From positions 1,024,001 to 1,088,000 of the forward strand of contig OY970355.1 of NCBI GenBank assembly GCA_963718525.1: a stretch of DNA of 64,000 bases. Reading direction: 5' to 3'. The DNA is from Candidatus Dormiibacterota bacterium. Its GTDB lineage: Bacteria > Chloroflexota > Dormibacteria > Aeolococcales > Aeolococcaceae. Positions 42,425 to 52,485 of this stretch are shown here, piece by piece (within the stretch, counting starts at the first letter, position 1; each line of letters starts with the position of its first letter). Below the pieces are notes generated by a model that was given only the letters and a program-made list of their open reading frames with translations, did no database searches and was not told the DNA's origin. The translations under genes and the position numbers were made by a program.

Positions 42425-42503
42425 TCCGGCGAGCAGCCTACTCGACCGCTGCGCCGCGTCACGCGATCCGGTGCCGCGAACCGCCACTCCGCGCACGTAC
42501 GTT

Positions 42504-43640
42504 ATGCAGAACGTGGATCGGTCTCCGCCACCCCCGCCGCCTCCGGCACCGTTCGACCCGGCGAGCGCCGCGGGCCGGCGCTGGCCGAAGGTGCTCCTCG
42601 TCATCGCCGGGCTACTCTCAGCGGCGATCGGCGTCACCGTGGGAGCTGCGACCGGGACATCGGAGTCGGCGTCGATCGCGTTCCGGCTGGCAGCGGACGG
42701 TTACTACGCCAACGCGGTCGCCGTCGATGAGGCGATCGCGCAGCGATCAGGGCCGCTGTACTTCCTGGATGGAGGAGCGTCCGGTGCTGCCGCCACCGCT
42801 GCCGAGACGACCGTCCTGGAGTGGGCGGCGGCGCTTGGCAGGAGAGGGCAGGTGGACGCCGCGGTGGCGCTCTACCGGTCGGTGACGTCACCTCCTTCGC
42901 TGCGCCTGCAGGCGGTCGACGCCATGGCGGCCCTCCTCCTCAAGACTGCGGCTGCCGATGCCGCCGCCGGCGGCTACATGAGCGCAATCCAGTGGCTCGA
43001 CGAGATCGCGACACTCGCGCCCGCAACGCCTGCAGGCGTGCAGGCAGGGCGCGCCCTCCCCGTCGACCAGGCCGGTGAGGCGCGGCTCCTGGTCGCGGCA
43101 GGACACGCCAGCGACGCGGTCACGCTCCTCACCACGGTGCTGGCGGAGCACTCGGCGCCGGCGACCACGATCGCCACCAGCCTGTTTCCATCGGCGTTGC
43201 TCGCCGCCGGGCAGGAGAACCTGATCCACAACTCCTACAAGGACGCCTTCGGGGCCCTGCACCAGCTGGTGACGAGCTACCCGACCACCGTGGAGGCATC
43301 TCAGGCAGAGGCCATGCTTGCGGCTCCCCAGGTGGTGACCGGCACGCTGGTGACACGCAGTGGCCTCCCGGTGTCCGGAAGGGTTCGGCTCAGCTCCAAC
43401 TACAAAGCGGAGCCGGGCGGCATGTACCAGACGAGCGCCCCCTTCTACTCCACGACGGCTGACAGCTCAGGTGATTTCAGCTTCCCCGTCGTGCCGGTCG
43501 GCGGCCCGTACGTCTTCGAGGTGCTGTCAGGCGGCAACTGGACCACACTGCTCAATCCCGCGACGAATCAGCCGGTCAACCCGGTGACCGTGACCCCGCT
43601 GGTCCCGGTGGATCTCACCTTCGTGGTGCTTCCCTCCTGA
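42504..43640 (+). CDS. Membrane-anchored hypothetical protein (TPR-like helices and a C-terminal beta domain)
   Basis: Pro-rich N-terminus, one TM helix, Ala-rich helical repeats and a beta-rich tail. Confidence 0.65.
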   Translation: MQNVDRSPPPPPPPAPFDPASAAGRRWPKVLLVIAGLLSAAIGVTVGAATGTSESASIAFRLAADGYYANAVAVDEAIAQRSGPLYFLDGGASGAAATAAETTVLEWAAALGRRGQVDAAVALYRSVTSPPSLRLQAVDAMAALLLKTAAADAAAGGYMSAIQWLDEIATLAPATPAGVQAGRALPVDQAGEARLLVAAGHASDAVTLLTTVLAEHSAPATTIATSLFPSALLAAGQENLIHNSYKDAFGALHQLVTSYPTTVEASQAEAMLAAPQVVTGTLVTRSGLPVSGRVRLSSNYKAEPGGMYQTSAPFYSTTADSSGDFSFPVVPVGGPYVFEVLSGGNWTTLLNPATNQPVNPVTVTPLVPVDLTFVVLPS

Positions 43641-43692
43641 GGACCCCCTGCCCGGCTACGATGGGTTGGCGATGGGAGGGGATTTCGAGGGA

Positions 43693-44298
43693 GTGGTGCG
43701 TTCTCGACGCACGCCACGAGGCCGACGCGGTCAGGCGATCGTGGAATTCGCCGTCATCCTTCCGCTCTTCCTCTTCTGCCTGATCGGCGCGCTCGACGCG
43801 GGGCTGTGGGCCGTGCAGACCTCGGCTGAGGTGTCCGCGGTGGAGCAGGCCGCGATGATCGCCTCGTCGGCGGGTTCGAGCCCGGTGTCGGAGACGGCAC
43901 CCGATGCCCGGGTGGTGACGGCGGCGATCTCCGGGCGCCTCCGAAGCGCGTTGTTCGGCACCGCGATCGACAGCTGGTGCGCAACCGACGCGACCGGCAC
44001 CTGTGCTCCCGACAGCACGCAGCACTGCCCGACCACCCCGGCCGAGGTGCAGGCGAAGGAAGGACCGCGGGTGGTGGTGGTCTGTGTCAGCGAAGCGGAC
44101 CCACCCTCATGCACGGCTCCGCCGCCCGGGCTGACGTCGCCGTACCCACCCGGGTGCGCGGACTCACCGATGGTCACCGTGCGGGTCATCGGTTTCGTCG
44201 CGTCGCTCGTGCCGCCCGGCTTCGGTCCCGGGGCGGGCGCATTCGAGCTGCCGACCGACATCTCGGCCACAACTCACACGCTTCGATTCGCTCCGTGA
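43693..44298 (+). CDS. TadE-like pseudopilin
   Basis: Prepilin motif RRGQAIVEFAVILP. Confidence 0.8.
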   Translation: MVRSRRTPRGRRGQAIVEFAVILPLFLFCLIGALDAGLWAVQTSAEVSAVEQAAMIASSAGSSPVSETAPDARVVTAAISGRLRSALFGTAIDSWCATDATGTCAPDSTQHCPTTPAEVQAKEGPRVVVVCVSEADPPSCTAPPPGLTSPYPPGCADSPMVTVRVIGFVASLVPPGFGPGAGAFELPTDISATTHTLRFAP

Positions 44299-44927
44299 CG
44301 CGGAGCAGGAGGCGCGGCGACAACGCTCAGGCAGTGCTCGAGACCGCGCTGGTCATACCGATTCTGCTGTTCCTGGTCTGCAACTTCATCGCAGTGATGG
44401 TGGAGGTGACCGTGCAGGAACAGCTGAACTCGGCGACGGCGCTCGCCGCACAGTCTCGATTCCAGGCTCCGGAGAACGCATTCGACGTGCCGGGAACGCG
44501 TTGCTGCGGCGCGCATGGAGTCACGCTCGTCACCTCCGGACTCCCGACCGGGTGTCGCTACGCCGCCGAGACCTTCTACGGCACGATGACGACGTACACA
44601 GGCCTGCTCCACTGGCGGCCTGCAACGCTCTGCACCTCCGGTGGCGACAGCGGCAACGCCGGTCACGCTCCGGTGCCGCCCGTCGCATACGCGGGATCGC
44701 CATCCAACGCCGAGGTGTCATGCGACATCGGATCGGTCACGACCGGCGGCGGCGTGATCCCCGGCTACGTGGACCGAACACTCAATCCTCCATCCGGCCT
44801 CGACGTTGTCACGTGCAGCGCCTCGGTGTCCCTCGACTTCGCGAACACGCCCCTGGCATGGGGCGTGTTCTGGACGCCAACGCTGCATGCGCAGGCAGAG
44901 GCCGTGCCACCGCCCTTCCGCCAGTGA
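44295..44927 (+). CDS. TadE-like pseudopilin
   Basis: NAQAVLETALVIP; GTGA overlap with the previous gene. Confidence 0.78.
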   Translation: MTRSRRRGDNAQAVLETALVIPILLFLVCNFIAVMVEVTVQEQLNSATALAAQSRFQAPENAFDVPGTRCCGAHGVTLVTSGLPTGCRYAAETFYGTMTTYTGLLHWRPATLCTSGGDSGNAGHAPVPPVAYAGSPSNAEVSCDIGSVTTGGGVIPGYVDRTLNPPSGLDVVTCSASVSLDFANTPLAWGVFWTPTLHAQAEAVPPPFRQ

Positions 44928-45535
44928 CACCCGTTCGCGCGGCCCACAGACGTGCGCGGCAGCGTGGCCAGACTCTGATCGTCTTCGCGCTCGGTTTCGC
45001 GCTGTTCCTCTTCAGTCTCACCTGCCTCGTCGCGGATTCCGCATACCTCTACGTGTGGTCGGCGCGCGTCCAGGTTGCAGCGCAACTGGCTGCGCAGTCC
45101 GGCGCCGACGCGGTCGATCCCCGGTATCTTTACGTCGCCACCGGCTCGTGCCCGGCCGGCGGAGCCGGTTCCCCCTGCCCGGTGCAGATCGTCGACATCA
45201 GCGCGCAGGATCGCGCGGGCTCGTTGTACGCGTTCGAGCGCTCGTGCATTCAAGCCGGCGACCAGTCCGGACAGATTCCACGCACCAGCGCGAATCCGCT
45301 GGTCTTGAAGAGCGCGGACGACCCGCAGGTCCCCGACGGCACGCTGTGCGCCAGTGACGGATGCCGCGTGTACGCGGAGGTCTCGCGGGTGGTGCAGCTG
45401 CCGATACCCTTGCCCGGCTTTCCGGACGCGATCACCGTGCGCGGCATCGGCTACGCGGCGCCGGTCGTCGGCACCGACCACGCGATATCCACGTGCACAG
45501 GAACGGCCTGGGTTCCATCACCACCGCCGCGCTGA
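44924..45535 (+). CDS. Tad/TadG-like pseudopilin
   Basis: QRGQTLIVFALG...VQVAAQLAAQSGA; GTGA overlap. Confidence 0.72.
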   Translation: MTPVRAAHRRARQRGQTLIVFALGFALFLFSLTCLVADSAYLYVWSARVQVAAQLAAQSGADAVDPRYLYVATGSCPAGGAGSPCPVQIVDISAQDRAGSLYAFERSCIQAGDQSGQIPRTSANPLVLKSADDPQVPDGTLCASDGCRVYAEVSRVVQLPIPLPGFPDAITVRGIGYAAPVVGTDHAISTCTGTAWVPSPPPR

Positions 45536-45559
45536 CCGACGAACCTCGTCGCCATCGCT

Positions 45560-45812
45560 CATCGTGCTGCTCGCCGATCTCGCTCTCGCGCTCGCGACGC
45601 AGACGACTCTCGCCGAGGGCGATGGGATGGCGTCGGTGGACATCAAGGTGAACCGCCTGCGCCCGGTCGCAGGCGACGGCAGCAGACTCGACGCCCGAGC
45701 CAAGGTGGTGCACCGGGGCCGCAGCCTCACCGTGAGCACCGCCGAGATCATCGGCGCCGACGGCCGGCCCGTGGCGCTCGCCACGGGCTCAGCCGCCCTG
45801 CTCGGGACCTGA
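45560..45812 (+). pseudogene. PaaI-family thioesterase, C-terminal fragment
   Basis: LLADLAL...SVDIKVNRLRPV...AKVVHRGRSL...VALATGS, with no HGG motif or credible start. Confidence 0.6.
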
Positions 45813-45815
45813 GGG

Positions 45816-47504
45816 TCAGGCGATCTCCCGATCGCCGCCGCCGATTCGGGGTCGGCGAGCGTCCGGGCCCTGCACGCGAACGCCGAGGTCGCGCGCGATC
45901 TGGCGGCCATCGGGGCTACCCCACCCACTCGCCAGGTCCCAGCCGCGCCCGGCCCGGTACGGGCCGCCCGTGTCGCCAGAGGTGATGTCGTTGAAGCCGC
46001 GCCCGCGGCGCGCGTAGAGAGCCGGATGGGGCAGTCCGATGCGGTGCCCCAACTGCGCCGACACGAGCGTCCAGAGCGCCGTGTACATGGGAGCGACCGC
46101 GCTGGTGCCGCCGGTCGAACGGAGACGTCGTAACGCGACCACGTTCCAGCCAGTCAGCGGATCGGCATTGCCCGCCCCGTCGGGAAGTCCACGGCCGAGG
46201 GCAGCGCCATCGGCGGAACGCGGCCGGATTCCGAGCGCCGCCTGGTACGACGGGATCGGGAACACGGTGCTGACCCCGCTCCCCGCGGCTCCGGCACCGC
46301 GGGAGAGCTCGTTCCACACGGTCTCCGCCCGGATGCGGCCGCGAGCCGCGAGCAAGGTCGTCCCGCCGCACGCCCATGCATGTGGGCTGGATGCAGGGAA
46401 CTCCGGATGCTGATAGCCGTCGACCTCCGCATTGGTCGAGCCGGCATCGCCCGCCGCGGCGCTGAAGGTCACGCCGTGGAGCGCGCCCGTCGCGAATGCG
46501 GCGTCGAGCCCGCGCATGCCCTGTGGCGACCAGTGATCCTCCGGCGCCCCCCAGCTGATCGATACGGCGGCCGGATGGCGGATCGCATCGCTCGCAGCGG
46601 TCGCCGCTGCGTCGATGAACCCGCGTTCGCTGTTCGGCGCGTTGTAGCTGACGATGGTGAGATGCGCTTTCGGCGCCATGGCCGCCACGATGCTCCCGAT
46701 CACCTGGTAGTCGAGGGCGACTTCGACGTCCGCGCCGTCAGGGTCTGGACTTGGGGTTGCACCGTCCAGCCACACGTTGGTGATGTCCGGCGCGTTCAGG
46801 CCAAGGCGTGCGAAGGACGCTGCCAGGTCGAACGGGTGGACGACACCACCGAGCTCGATCATGGCCGCGACCAGCTCGAGGCCCTCACCGCCATTGGGCA
46901 GGCGTGGGAAGTCGTACAGCGAAGCGATCTGCGGGGGGTCGTACGAGAACACCGCGGACCGGCCGTCGTCCAGTCCGCGCACGTGCGAACGTGCCAGGGG
47001 TCGGTCGTCGAGCCCGTAGACGCCTTCGACGACGCGGTCGAGATGCGCGGGGAGGCGCACCGGTCCGAGGTGGCCGCGATATTCGACTGTGCGGCCATCC
47101 GGGCGCACCCAGCCGAAACGCTCCAGCTCGACTTCGAACGCGCGTGAGAGCTGCGCTGTGCTGCCCCGCAGCATCACCCGTCGCGTGGTCGGATCTTCAC
47201 CGGTGACCTCCAGGCCGGCGGCGGTCGCCCATCGGACCACGCGATCCCGGTCGGCGGCGTCGAAGCCGTGGCGCGCGTTCAGCTGGACGATGTCGAGGTG
47301 TCGCATGCTCGGGTCCGGGAGCGATTGCAGCCATGCGAGGCTCTCGGCTGTGGTCGGCCCGGTGGTGCGCTCGCGCAGCATGAGCGTCACCCCGGCATCG
47401 GCCTGCAGCTCCTCGGCGCTGAGCTTCCTGAGGTGTCGGTGGCCGGGGCGCGTGCCCCCGCCGGGGTGATAGGCGCTGCCGCGCAGCGGAACGGAGTCGG
47501 GCAT
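45816..47504 (-). CDS. S53 (sedolisin/kumamolisin-like) serine peptidase with prodomain
   Basis: EVALD, SISWG, AAGDAG, GGTSAVAP and GWDLASGWGSP. Confidence 0.92.
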   Translation of the reverse strand: MPDSVPLRGSAYHPGGGTRPGHRHLRKLSAEELQADAGVTLMLRERTTGPTTAESLAWLQSLPDPSMRHLDIVQLNARHGFDAADRDRVVRWATAAGLEVTGEDPTTRRVMLRGSTAQLSRAFEVELERFGWVRPDGRTVEYRGHLGPVRLPAHLDRVVEGVYGLDDRPLARSHVRGLDDGRSAVFSYDPPQIASLYDFPRLPNGGEGLELVAAMIELGGVVHPFDLAASFARLGLNAPDITNVWLDGATPSPDPDGADVEVALDYQVIGSIVAAMAPKAHLTIVSYNAPNSERGFIDAAATAASDAIRHPAAVSISWGAPEDHWSPQGMRGLDAAFATGALHGVTFSAAAGDAGSTNAEVDGYQHPEFPASSPHAWACGGTTLLAARGRIRAETVWNELSRGAGAAGSGVSTVFPIPSYQAALGIRPRSADGAALGRGLPDGAGNADPLTGWNVVALRRLRSTGGTSAVAPMYTALWTLVSAQLGHRIGLPHPALYARRGRGFNDITSGDTGGPYRAGRGWDLASGWGSPDGRQIARDLGVRVQGPDARRPRIGGGDREIA

Positions 47505-47638
47505 GGTGGCCCCCCTCTCGAGGGCGTCGGGCGGGCGCCGCCATTGCGACGGCGCTGCATCCCGACGCGGAGCCGCCCATCATCGAGCGCCCTTCCGTAC
47601 AACCCGGGGACGTCTGCGAGACGCCGTCCCGGCTGACG

Positions 47639-49591
47639 TCAGGCGGGAATGCGCGTCCGCCCGATGGCGTCGATGGCGCCGTGGTTCTCGAGCGATGAGA
47701 GGTCGCCGGGATCGATCCCCAGGTAGACGGAGCGGACCACCCGGCGGAGCACCTTCGCGTTGCGCGTTTTGGGCAGTTCTGTCACGATCTCGACAGCGTG
47801 GGGAGCGAGCGCCTTGCCGAGGTCCTCGGCGACGCGCTGGGCCAGGGAAGTGCGCAGCTCGGCCGAGTTGGTGACACCGGGCTTGAGCACCACGAACACC
47901 ACCAGTGCCTCGCCCTTGAGCGGGTCGGGCACGCCGATCGCCGCGGCCTCGGCGACCGTCGGATGCGCAACCAGCGCCGACTCGACCTCGGCCGGCCCGA
48001 GCCGCTTGCCGGCAACCTTGATCGTGTCGTCGCTCCTCCCGCGCACGTACCAGAGCCCGTCAGCGTCCACCTCGACCCAGTCACCGTGCACCCAGACATC
48101 GGGCCAGCGCGACCAGTACGTGTCGAGGTAGCGCTCACGGTCGCGCCAGAACCCGTGTGTCATCCCCGGCCACGGCGCGCGAATCACGAGTTCGCCCACC
48201 CGCCCTCGAACGCTGGCGCCGTTCTCGTCGACGACGTCGGCGGCCATTCCCGGGCACGGGCCGGCGAACGCGCATGGTCGCAGCGGCGTGAGCATGTTGC
48301 CCGCGAGGATCCCGCCGGAAATCTCGGTGCCGCCCGAGTAGTTGATCACCGGCAGTCTGCCACCGCCGACCTTCTGCTGATACCACAGCCACGGGTCGGT
48401 GTTCCACGGCTCTCCAGTCGATCCCAGGACGCGCAGTGACGAAAGATCGTGAGCCGCGACAGGCCCATCGCCGTGGCGCATGAGCGCTCGAATCACCGTC
48501 GGCGCAACCCCCAGCACAGTGACGCGATGTCGCTCCACGACCGACCACAGGCGATCGGGACCCGGATGGTCAGGGACGCCGTCGAAGAGCACCAGGGTCG
48601 CGCCGATGCTGAGCGCACCGCAGATCGCCCACGGACCCATCATCCAGCCGATGTCGGTGAACCAAAGCAACCGGTCGTGCTCGCCGACATCGAAGCAGTG
48701 GGCCATGTCCTGGGTCGCCTTCACGGGAAACCCGCCGTGGACGTGGACGGTGCCCTTGGGCCGCCCGGTGGTGCCGCTCGTGTAGATGATCATGAACGTC
48801 GAATCCGCGTCGGTATCCGCGATTGGCGGACCGTCTGCGAAGTCGTCGGCCACGGCGCCATAGACGACGTCGCGACCGGCCTGCATCGGCACGGACGTGC
48901 CGAGCTGCCGCACCACCAGGATGTGCTCGAGTGACGGCAGCTGGCCGGCAGCCTCATCGGCGACCGCCTTCATGTCGACGGTGCGCCCGCGCCGCGTGAA
49001 TCCGTCAACAACGACAAGAACCTTGGCGTCGCAATCGCCAAGCCGGGAGACGATGGCACCGGCGCCGTATCCGCTGAAGAGAGGAACCACCATGGCTCCG
49101 AGCCACGCGCATGCGAGGAACACCGCGACCGTCTCGGGGATCATCGGCAGGCAGACGCCGACGCCGTCCCCGGCGCGGATGCCGAGCGTGTGCAGCCGTG
49201 ATGCCGCAAACGACGTCTCGCGCTCGAGGCGCGCGTACGTCCATTCCCGAGTGCCGCCGTCGTCGCCCTCCCACACGACCGCGATGCGGTCCGGGGCGTG
49301 CCGCGCCCAGCGCGTGACCGCGTTGTGTGCGAGGTTGAGCCTGCCCCCACGCCAGAAACGGGTCCAGGGGAGCCCGGACGACGTGTCCATGGCGACATCG
49401 AATCGCTGCGTCCACTCCACGCCGATGTCATCCACCATGGCGGTCCAGAAACGCTGCGGATCGTCCCGGGCGATGCGCGCGATCCCGTCGAGATCGCCCG
49501 CGCCGAGGTTGTCGATGAAGTGCCTGATGCGCGAAGCGCCCGCCTGCTCGGCCGTCGGGGTCCACGCGAATGGCGAGTCGCTGCCGCTCAT
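47639..49591 (-). CDS. Acetate/short-chain acyl-CoA ligase
   Basis: YTSGTTGRPKG, SGGTE, GRSDD and LPKTRNAK. Confidence 0.92.
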   Translation of the reverse strand: MSGSDSPFAWTPTAEQAGASRIRHFIDNLGAGDLDGIARIARDDPQRFWTAMVDDIGVEWTQRFDVAMDTSSGLPWTRFWRGGRLNLAHNAVTRWARHAPDRIAVVWEGDDGGTREWTYARLERETSFAASRLHTLGIRAGDGVGVCLPMIPETVAVFLACAWLGAMVVPLFSGYGAGAIVSRLGDCDAKVLVVVDGFTRRGRTVDMKAVADEAAGQLPSLEHILVVRQLGTSVPMQAGRDVVYGAVADDFADGPPIADTDADSTFMIIYTSGTTGRPKGTVHVHGGFPVKATQDMAHCFDVGEHDRLLWFTDIGWMMGPWAICGALSIGATLVLFDGVPDHPGPDRLWSVVERHRVTVLGVAPTVIRALMRHGDGPVAAHDLSSLRVLGSTGEPWNTDPWLWYQQKVGGGRLPVINYSGGTEISGGILAGNMLTPLRPCAFAGPCPGMAADVVDENGASVRGRVGELVIRAPWPGMTHGFWRDRERYLDTYWSRWPDVWVHGDWVEVDADGLWYVRGRSDDTIKVAGKRLGPAEVESALVAHPTVAEAAAIGVPDPLKGEALVVFVVLKPGVTNSAELRTSLAQRVAEDLGKALAPHAVEIVTELPKTRNAKVLRRVVRSVYLGIDPGDLSSLENHGAIDAIGRTRIPA

Positions 49592-49614
49592 CTCGCAGTG
49601 ACCATAGCGCGTGG

Positions 49615-50601
49615 TCAGCGGTCGATCGCTGCCATGTCCCAGTGGCGATCACCGCGAACGCTGTCGGGGGTGACCGCGGCTTCGAGTCGCGCAATGTCGG
49701 CCGCATCGAGGACGATGTCGGCGGCGCCGGCATTCTCCTCCAGACGGGAGCGGCGCTTGGTGCCCGGGATCGGGACGACGTCGGTGCCCCGGTGGAGCAG
49801 CCATGCGAGCGCCAGTTGTGCGGCGGTCACGCCAGCCTCGGAAGCGATGTCCCCGATGCGCGAGGCGACCGCCAGGTTGGCTTCGAAGTTGCCCACGGCA
49901 AACCGGGGGAAGCGGCTGCCTCGCGTGTCCAACTCCGCGAGCGTGTCGGGGTTCACCGCGCCGGTGAGGATGCCGCGTCCAAGCGGGCTGTACGCGACAA
50001 AACCGATGCCGAGCTCGCGCATCGCCGGCAGGACGGACTCCTCGACATCACGCGAGAACAGCGAGTACTCGGACTGCACAGCCGAGATCGGGTGGACGGC
50101 GTTGGCCCTGCGGATGGTATCCGGACCGGCTTCGCTCAAGCCGAGAAAGCGAACCTTGCCCGCATGGACCAGCTCGGCCATCGCGCCGACGGTCTCCTCG
50201 ATGGGCACCGAGCGATCGAGCCGGTGCTGGTAGTAGAGGTCGATGACGTCGATATCGAGGCGGTGAAGCGAAGCGTCGCACGCTTGATGCACGTGGTCCG
50301 GACGCCCGTTGATGGTTTGCGAACCGTCAGCGCTGCGCACGAAACCGAACTTGGTGGCCACGACGTACTGATCGCGGCGTCCGGTGAGGGCTCTGCCGAC
50401 CAGCTCCTCGTTGGTGAACGGGCCGTACTGGTCGGCGGTATCGAGGAGCGTGATGCCGAGCTCCGCAGCGCGATCGATGGTTGCGATCGCCTCGCCTGCA
50501 TCGCGTTCTTCGGCAGTGCCGTAGAAGTCCGACATGCCCATGCAGCCGAGCCCCAGCGCGGAAACCTCCAATCCCTGCGTCCCAAGCGAGCGCAGCTCCA
50601 C
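49615..50601 (-). CDS. Aldo/keto reductase
   Basis: [27 protein letters not shown] and PIPGT. Confidence 0.95.
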   Translation of the reverse strand: MELRSLGTQGLEVSALGLGCMGMSDFYGTAEERDAGEAIATIDRAAELGITLLDTADQYGPFTNEELVGRALTGRRDQYVVATKFGFVRSADGSQTINGRPDHVHQACDASLHRLDIDVIDLYYQHRLDRSVPIEETVGAMAELVHAGKVRFLGLSEAGPDTIRRANAVHPISAVQSEYSLFSRDVEESVLPAMRELGIGFVAYSPLGRGILTGAVNPDTLAELDTRGSRFPRFAVGNFEANLAVASRIGDIASEAGVTAAQLALAWLLHRGTDVVPIPGTKRRSRLEENAGAADIVLDAADIARLEAAVTPDSVRGDRHWDMAAIDR

Positions 50602-50660
50602 GTTCCATTACCTCCTGATGCGTCGTCCCCAGAATGGAAGGATGAGCGAAGGGGGATCGG

Positions 50661-51923
50661 CTATGCCACCTGAGTGATGGTGGGCATCGATGCTCGGGCG
50701 GCGCGGCGGGTGTCGACCCACCCATAGATCGTGGCAGCGACCGCGGTGAGTCCGGCGACGAGGAACGCTAGCTGCGTGCCGCCGATCTCGGCGAGCCACC
50801 CGGCGAGAAGACCACCCAACGGGGCGGTCCCGAAGAACACGTATCCGTAGATGCCGAGAACGCGCCCGCGCATCTGATCGGTGACCGCCAGCTGCAGGGT
50901 GGCATTGGCCTGCGATGAGTAGAGCGTGAATGCGATGCCGGTGATCACGAGGGCGAGACCCGCGGCCCACACCACGTGCAGCGGCGCGAGCGCGATCTCG
51001 GATACAGAGAACAGCGCGGCGCCGATGAGCATCGTGTGCCGGCTCGCCCGGCCGAGCGAGGCCGAGAAGAGCGCGCCCACCAGCGCGCCGAATCCGAAGA
51101 GTGCGGACAGGATGCCGAAGATCTCCGGTCCGCTGTTGAGCGTCCGCGACGCGAGGACGGGGAGGAGCACATTGAAGTTCATGCTGATCGTCGCGATCAT
51201 CAGCATCATGACGAGCACCGAGCGGATCACCGGCTTGCGCCATGCGAACTTCAGCCCCTCGAGCGATCCGCGCAGCACGTTGTGGTTGCGCTGATCCTTG
51301 CGAACCGGAAACAGCTGGTCGACGCGCATCGCCCAGAGTGCGGCGAGGACGGCGAGATAGCTGATCGCGTTGATCAGAAAGCAGATTCCGACCCCGGCGA
51401 CGGCGATCAGACCGCCGGCGATGGCGGGTCCCACGATACGCGAGGCGTTGAAAAGGCTGGAATTCAAGGCCACGGCATTGGGGAGCTCGTCACGTCCGAC
51501 CATCTGGATGGTGAACGCCTGGCGCACCGGCATGTCGAGCACGGTGATCATTCCGGTGGCCGTCGCGATGGCGTACACCTCCCACACGGTTGCGTGCCCG
51601 GTGAGCGTGAGCCCGGCGAGGAGCGCCGCCGTGACCATGAACGCCGCCTGCGTGCCGACCAGCACCTTGCGCTGATCGAGCTTGTCTGCGAACGCGCCGC
51701 CGAAGAGGCCGAAGAGCCCGTACGGGCCGAACTGGCACACGGCGAGGAGCCCGACCGCGAGCGGCGAGTGCGTGTTCTGCACGACGAACCACGCTTGCGC
51801 CACGCTCTGCATCCAGGTGCCGCTGATGGAAACGACCTGCCCGAAGAAATAGAGGCGGTAGTTGTAGTGGCGGCGCAGGCTCATGAAGGTGCGCGCCGCG
51901 GCGTTGCCGATGCCGAGACTCAT
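50661..51923 (-). CDS. MFS transporter
   Basis: About 12 TM helices; GTWMQSVAQAW, NAVALNS and MRGRV. Confidence 0.92.
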   Translation of the reverse strand: MSLGIGNAAARTFMSLRRHYNYRLYFFGQVVSISGTWMQSVAQAWFVVQNTHSPLAVGLLAVCQFGPYGLFGLFGGAFADKLDQRKVLVGTQAAFMVTAALLAGLTLTGHATVWEVYAIATATGMITVLDMPVRQAFTIQMVGRDELPNAVALNSSLFNASRIVGPAIAGGLIAVAGVGICFLINAISYLAVLAALWAMRVDQLFPVRKDQRNHNVLRGSLEGLKFAWRKPVIRSVLVMMLMIATISMNFNVLLPVLASRTLNSGPEIFGILSALFGFGALVGALFSASLGRASRHTMLIGAALFSVSEIALAPLHVVWAAGLALVITGIAFTLYSSQANATLQLAVTDQMRGRVLGIYGYVFFGTAPLGGLLAGWLAEIGGTQLAFLVAGLTAVAATIYGWVDTRRAARASMPTITQVA

Positions 51924-52366
51924 TCGGGCTGGGCCAGGAGCGCCTCGAGCGGCGCGATCGCCGCAGCCACGGCTGCGAGGTCGGTGTCGATGAGCTTGCC
52001 AAGGCGGGCTGACAACCAGGCGGTGCGCTTGGATCGGATCACCCTGAGAACCCGCTGACCCTCGGGCGTGACCTCGAGGTCCACCCTGCGTCGGTCTCGT
52101 TCCGCCTGACGCCGAGTGACCAGGCCTGACGCCTCGAGGCGATCGATGTGGGTGCACACCGAGGGCATCGACATGCCTTCCCTGGTGGCGAGCTCGGCGA
52201 CCCCGACGCCGGGATGGCCGTCGATGAGCCCGAGCAGTGAGAGCTGTCCGGGGGAGACGCCGGATGTGTGCACCTCGCGGCGCAGCTGCCGGTTGAGGTG
52301 GAGCAGCACAGGGCGCAGCCGGTTGGCGACGTCGACGGGGTTGCTTGCAACGGTTGTTGTGGGAAT
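51920..52366 (-). CDS. MarR-family transcriptional regulator
   Basis: ELATREGMSMPSV...LEASGLVTR...DRRRV...TPEG; apparent leaderless start at ATT 52366. Confidence 0.88.
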   Translation of the reverse strand: MPTTTVASNPVDVANRLRPVLLHLNRQLRREVHTSGVSPGQLSLLGLIDGHPGVGVAELATREGMSMPSVCTHIDRLEASGLVTRRQAERDRRRVDLEVTPEGQRVLRVIRSKRTAWLSARLGKLIDTDLAAVAAAIAPLEALLAQPE

Positions 52367-52372
52367 GAGTTG

Positions 52373-52391
52373 ATTATATAGCCTAACTAAT
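52373..52391 (-). promoter_or_regulatory. -10 box within an imperfect palindrome (probable MarR operator)
   Basis: ATTAGTTAG-G-CTATATAAT on the minus strand. Confidence 0.5.
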
Positions 52392-52485
52392 CTTCTGGCA
52401 ACCCCTCGCCGCCGATGGGAACCCTGCGGTATCTCCGCGCGTCTCGTTGTCCACACGATGTGCCACCGCCTGGAGGGTCCCTGAG

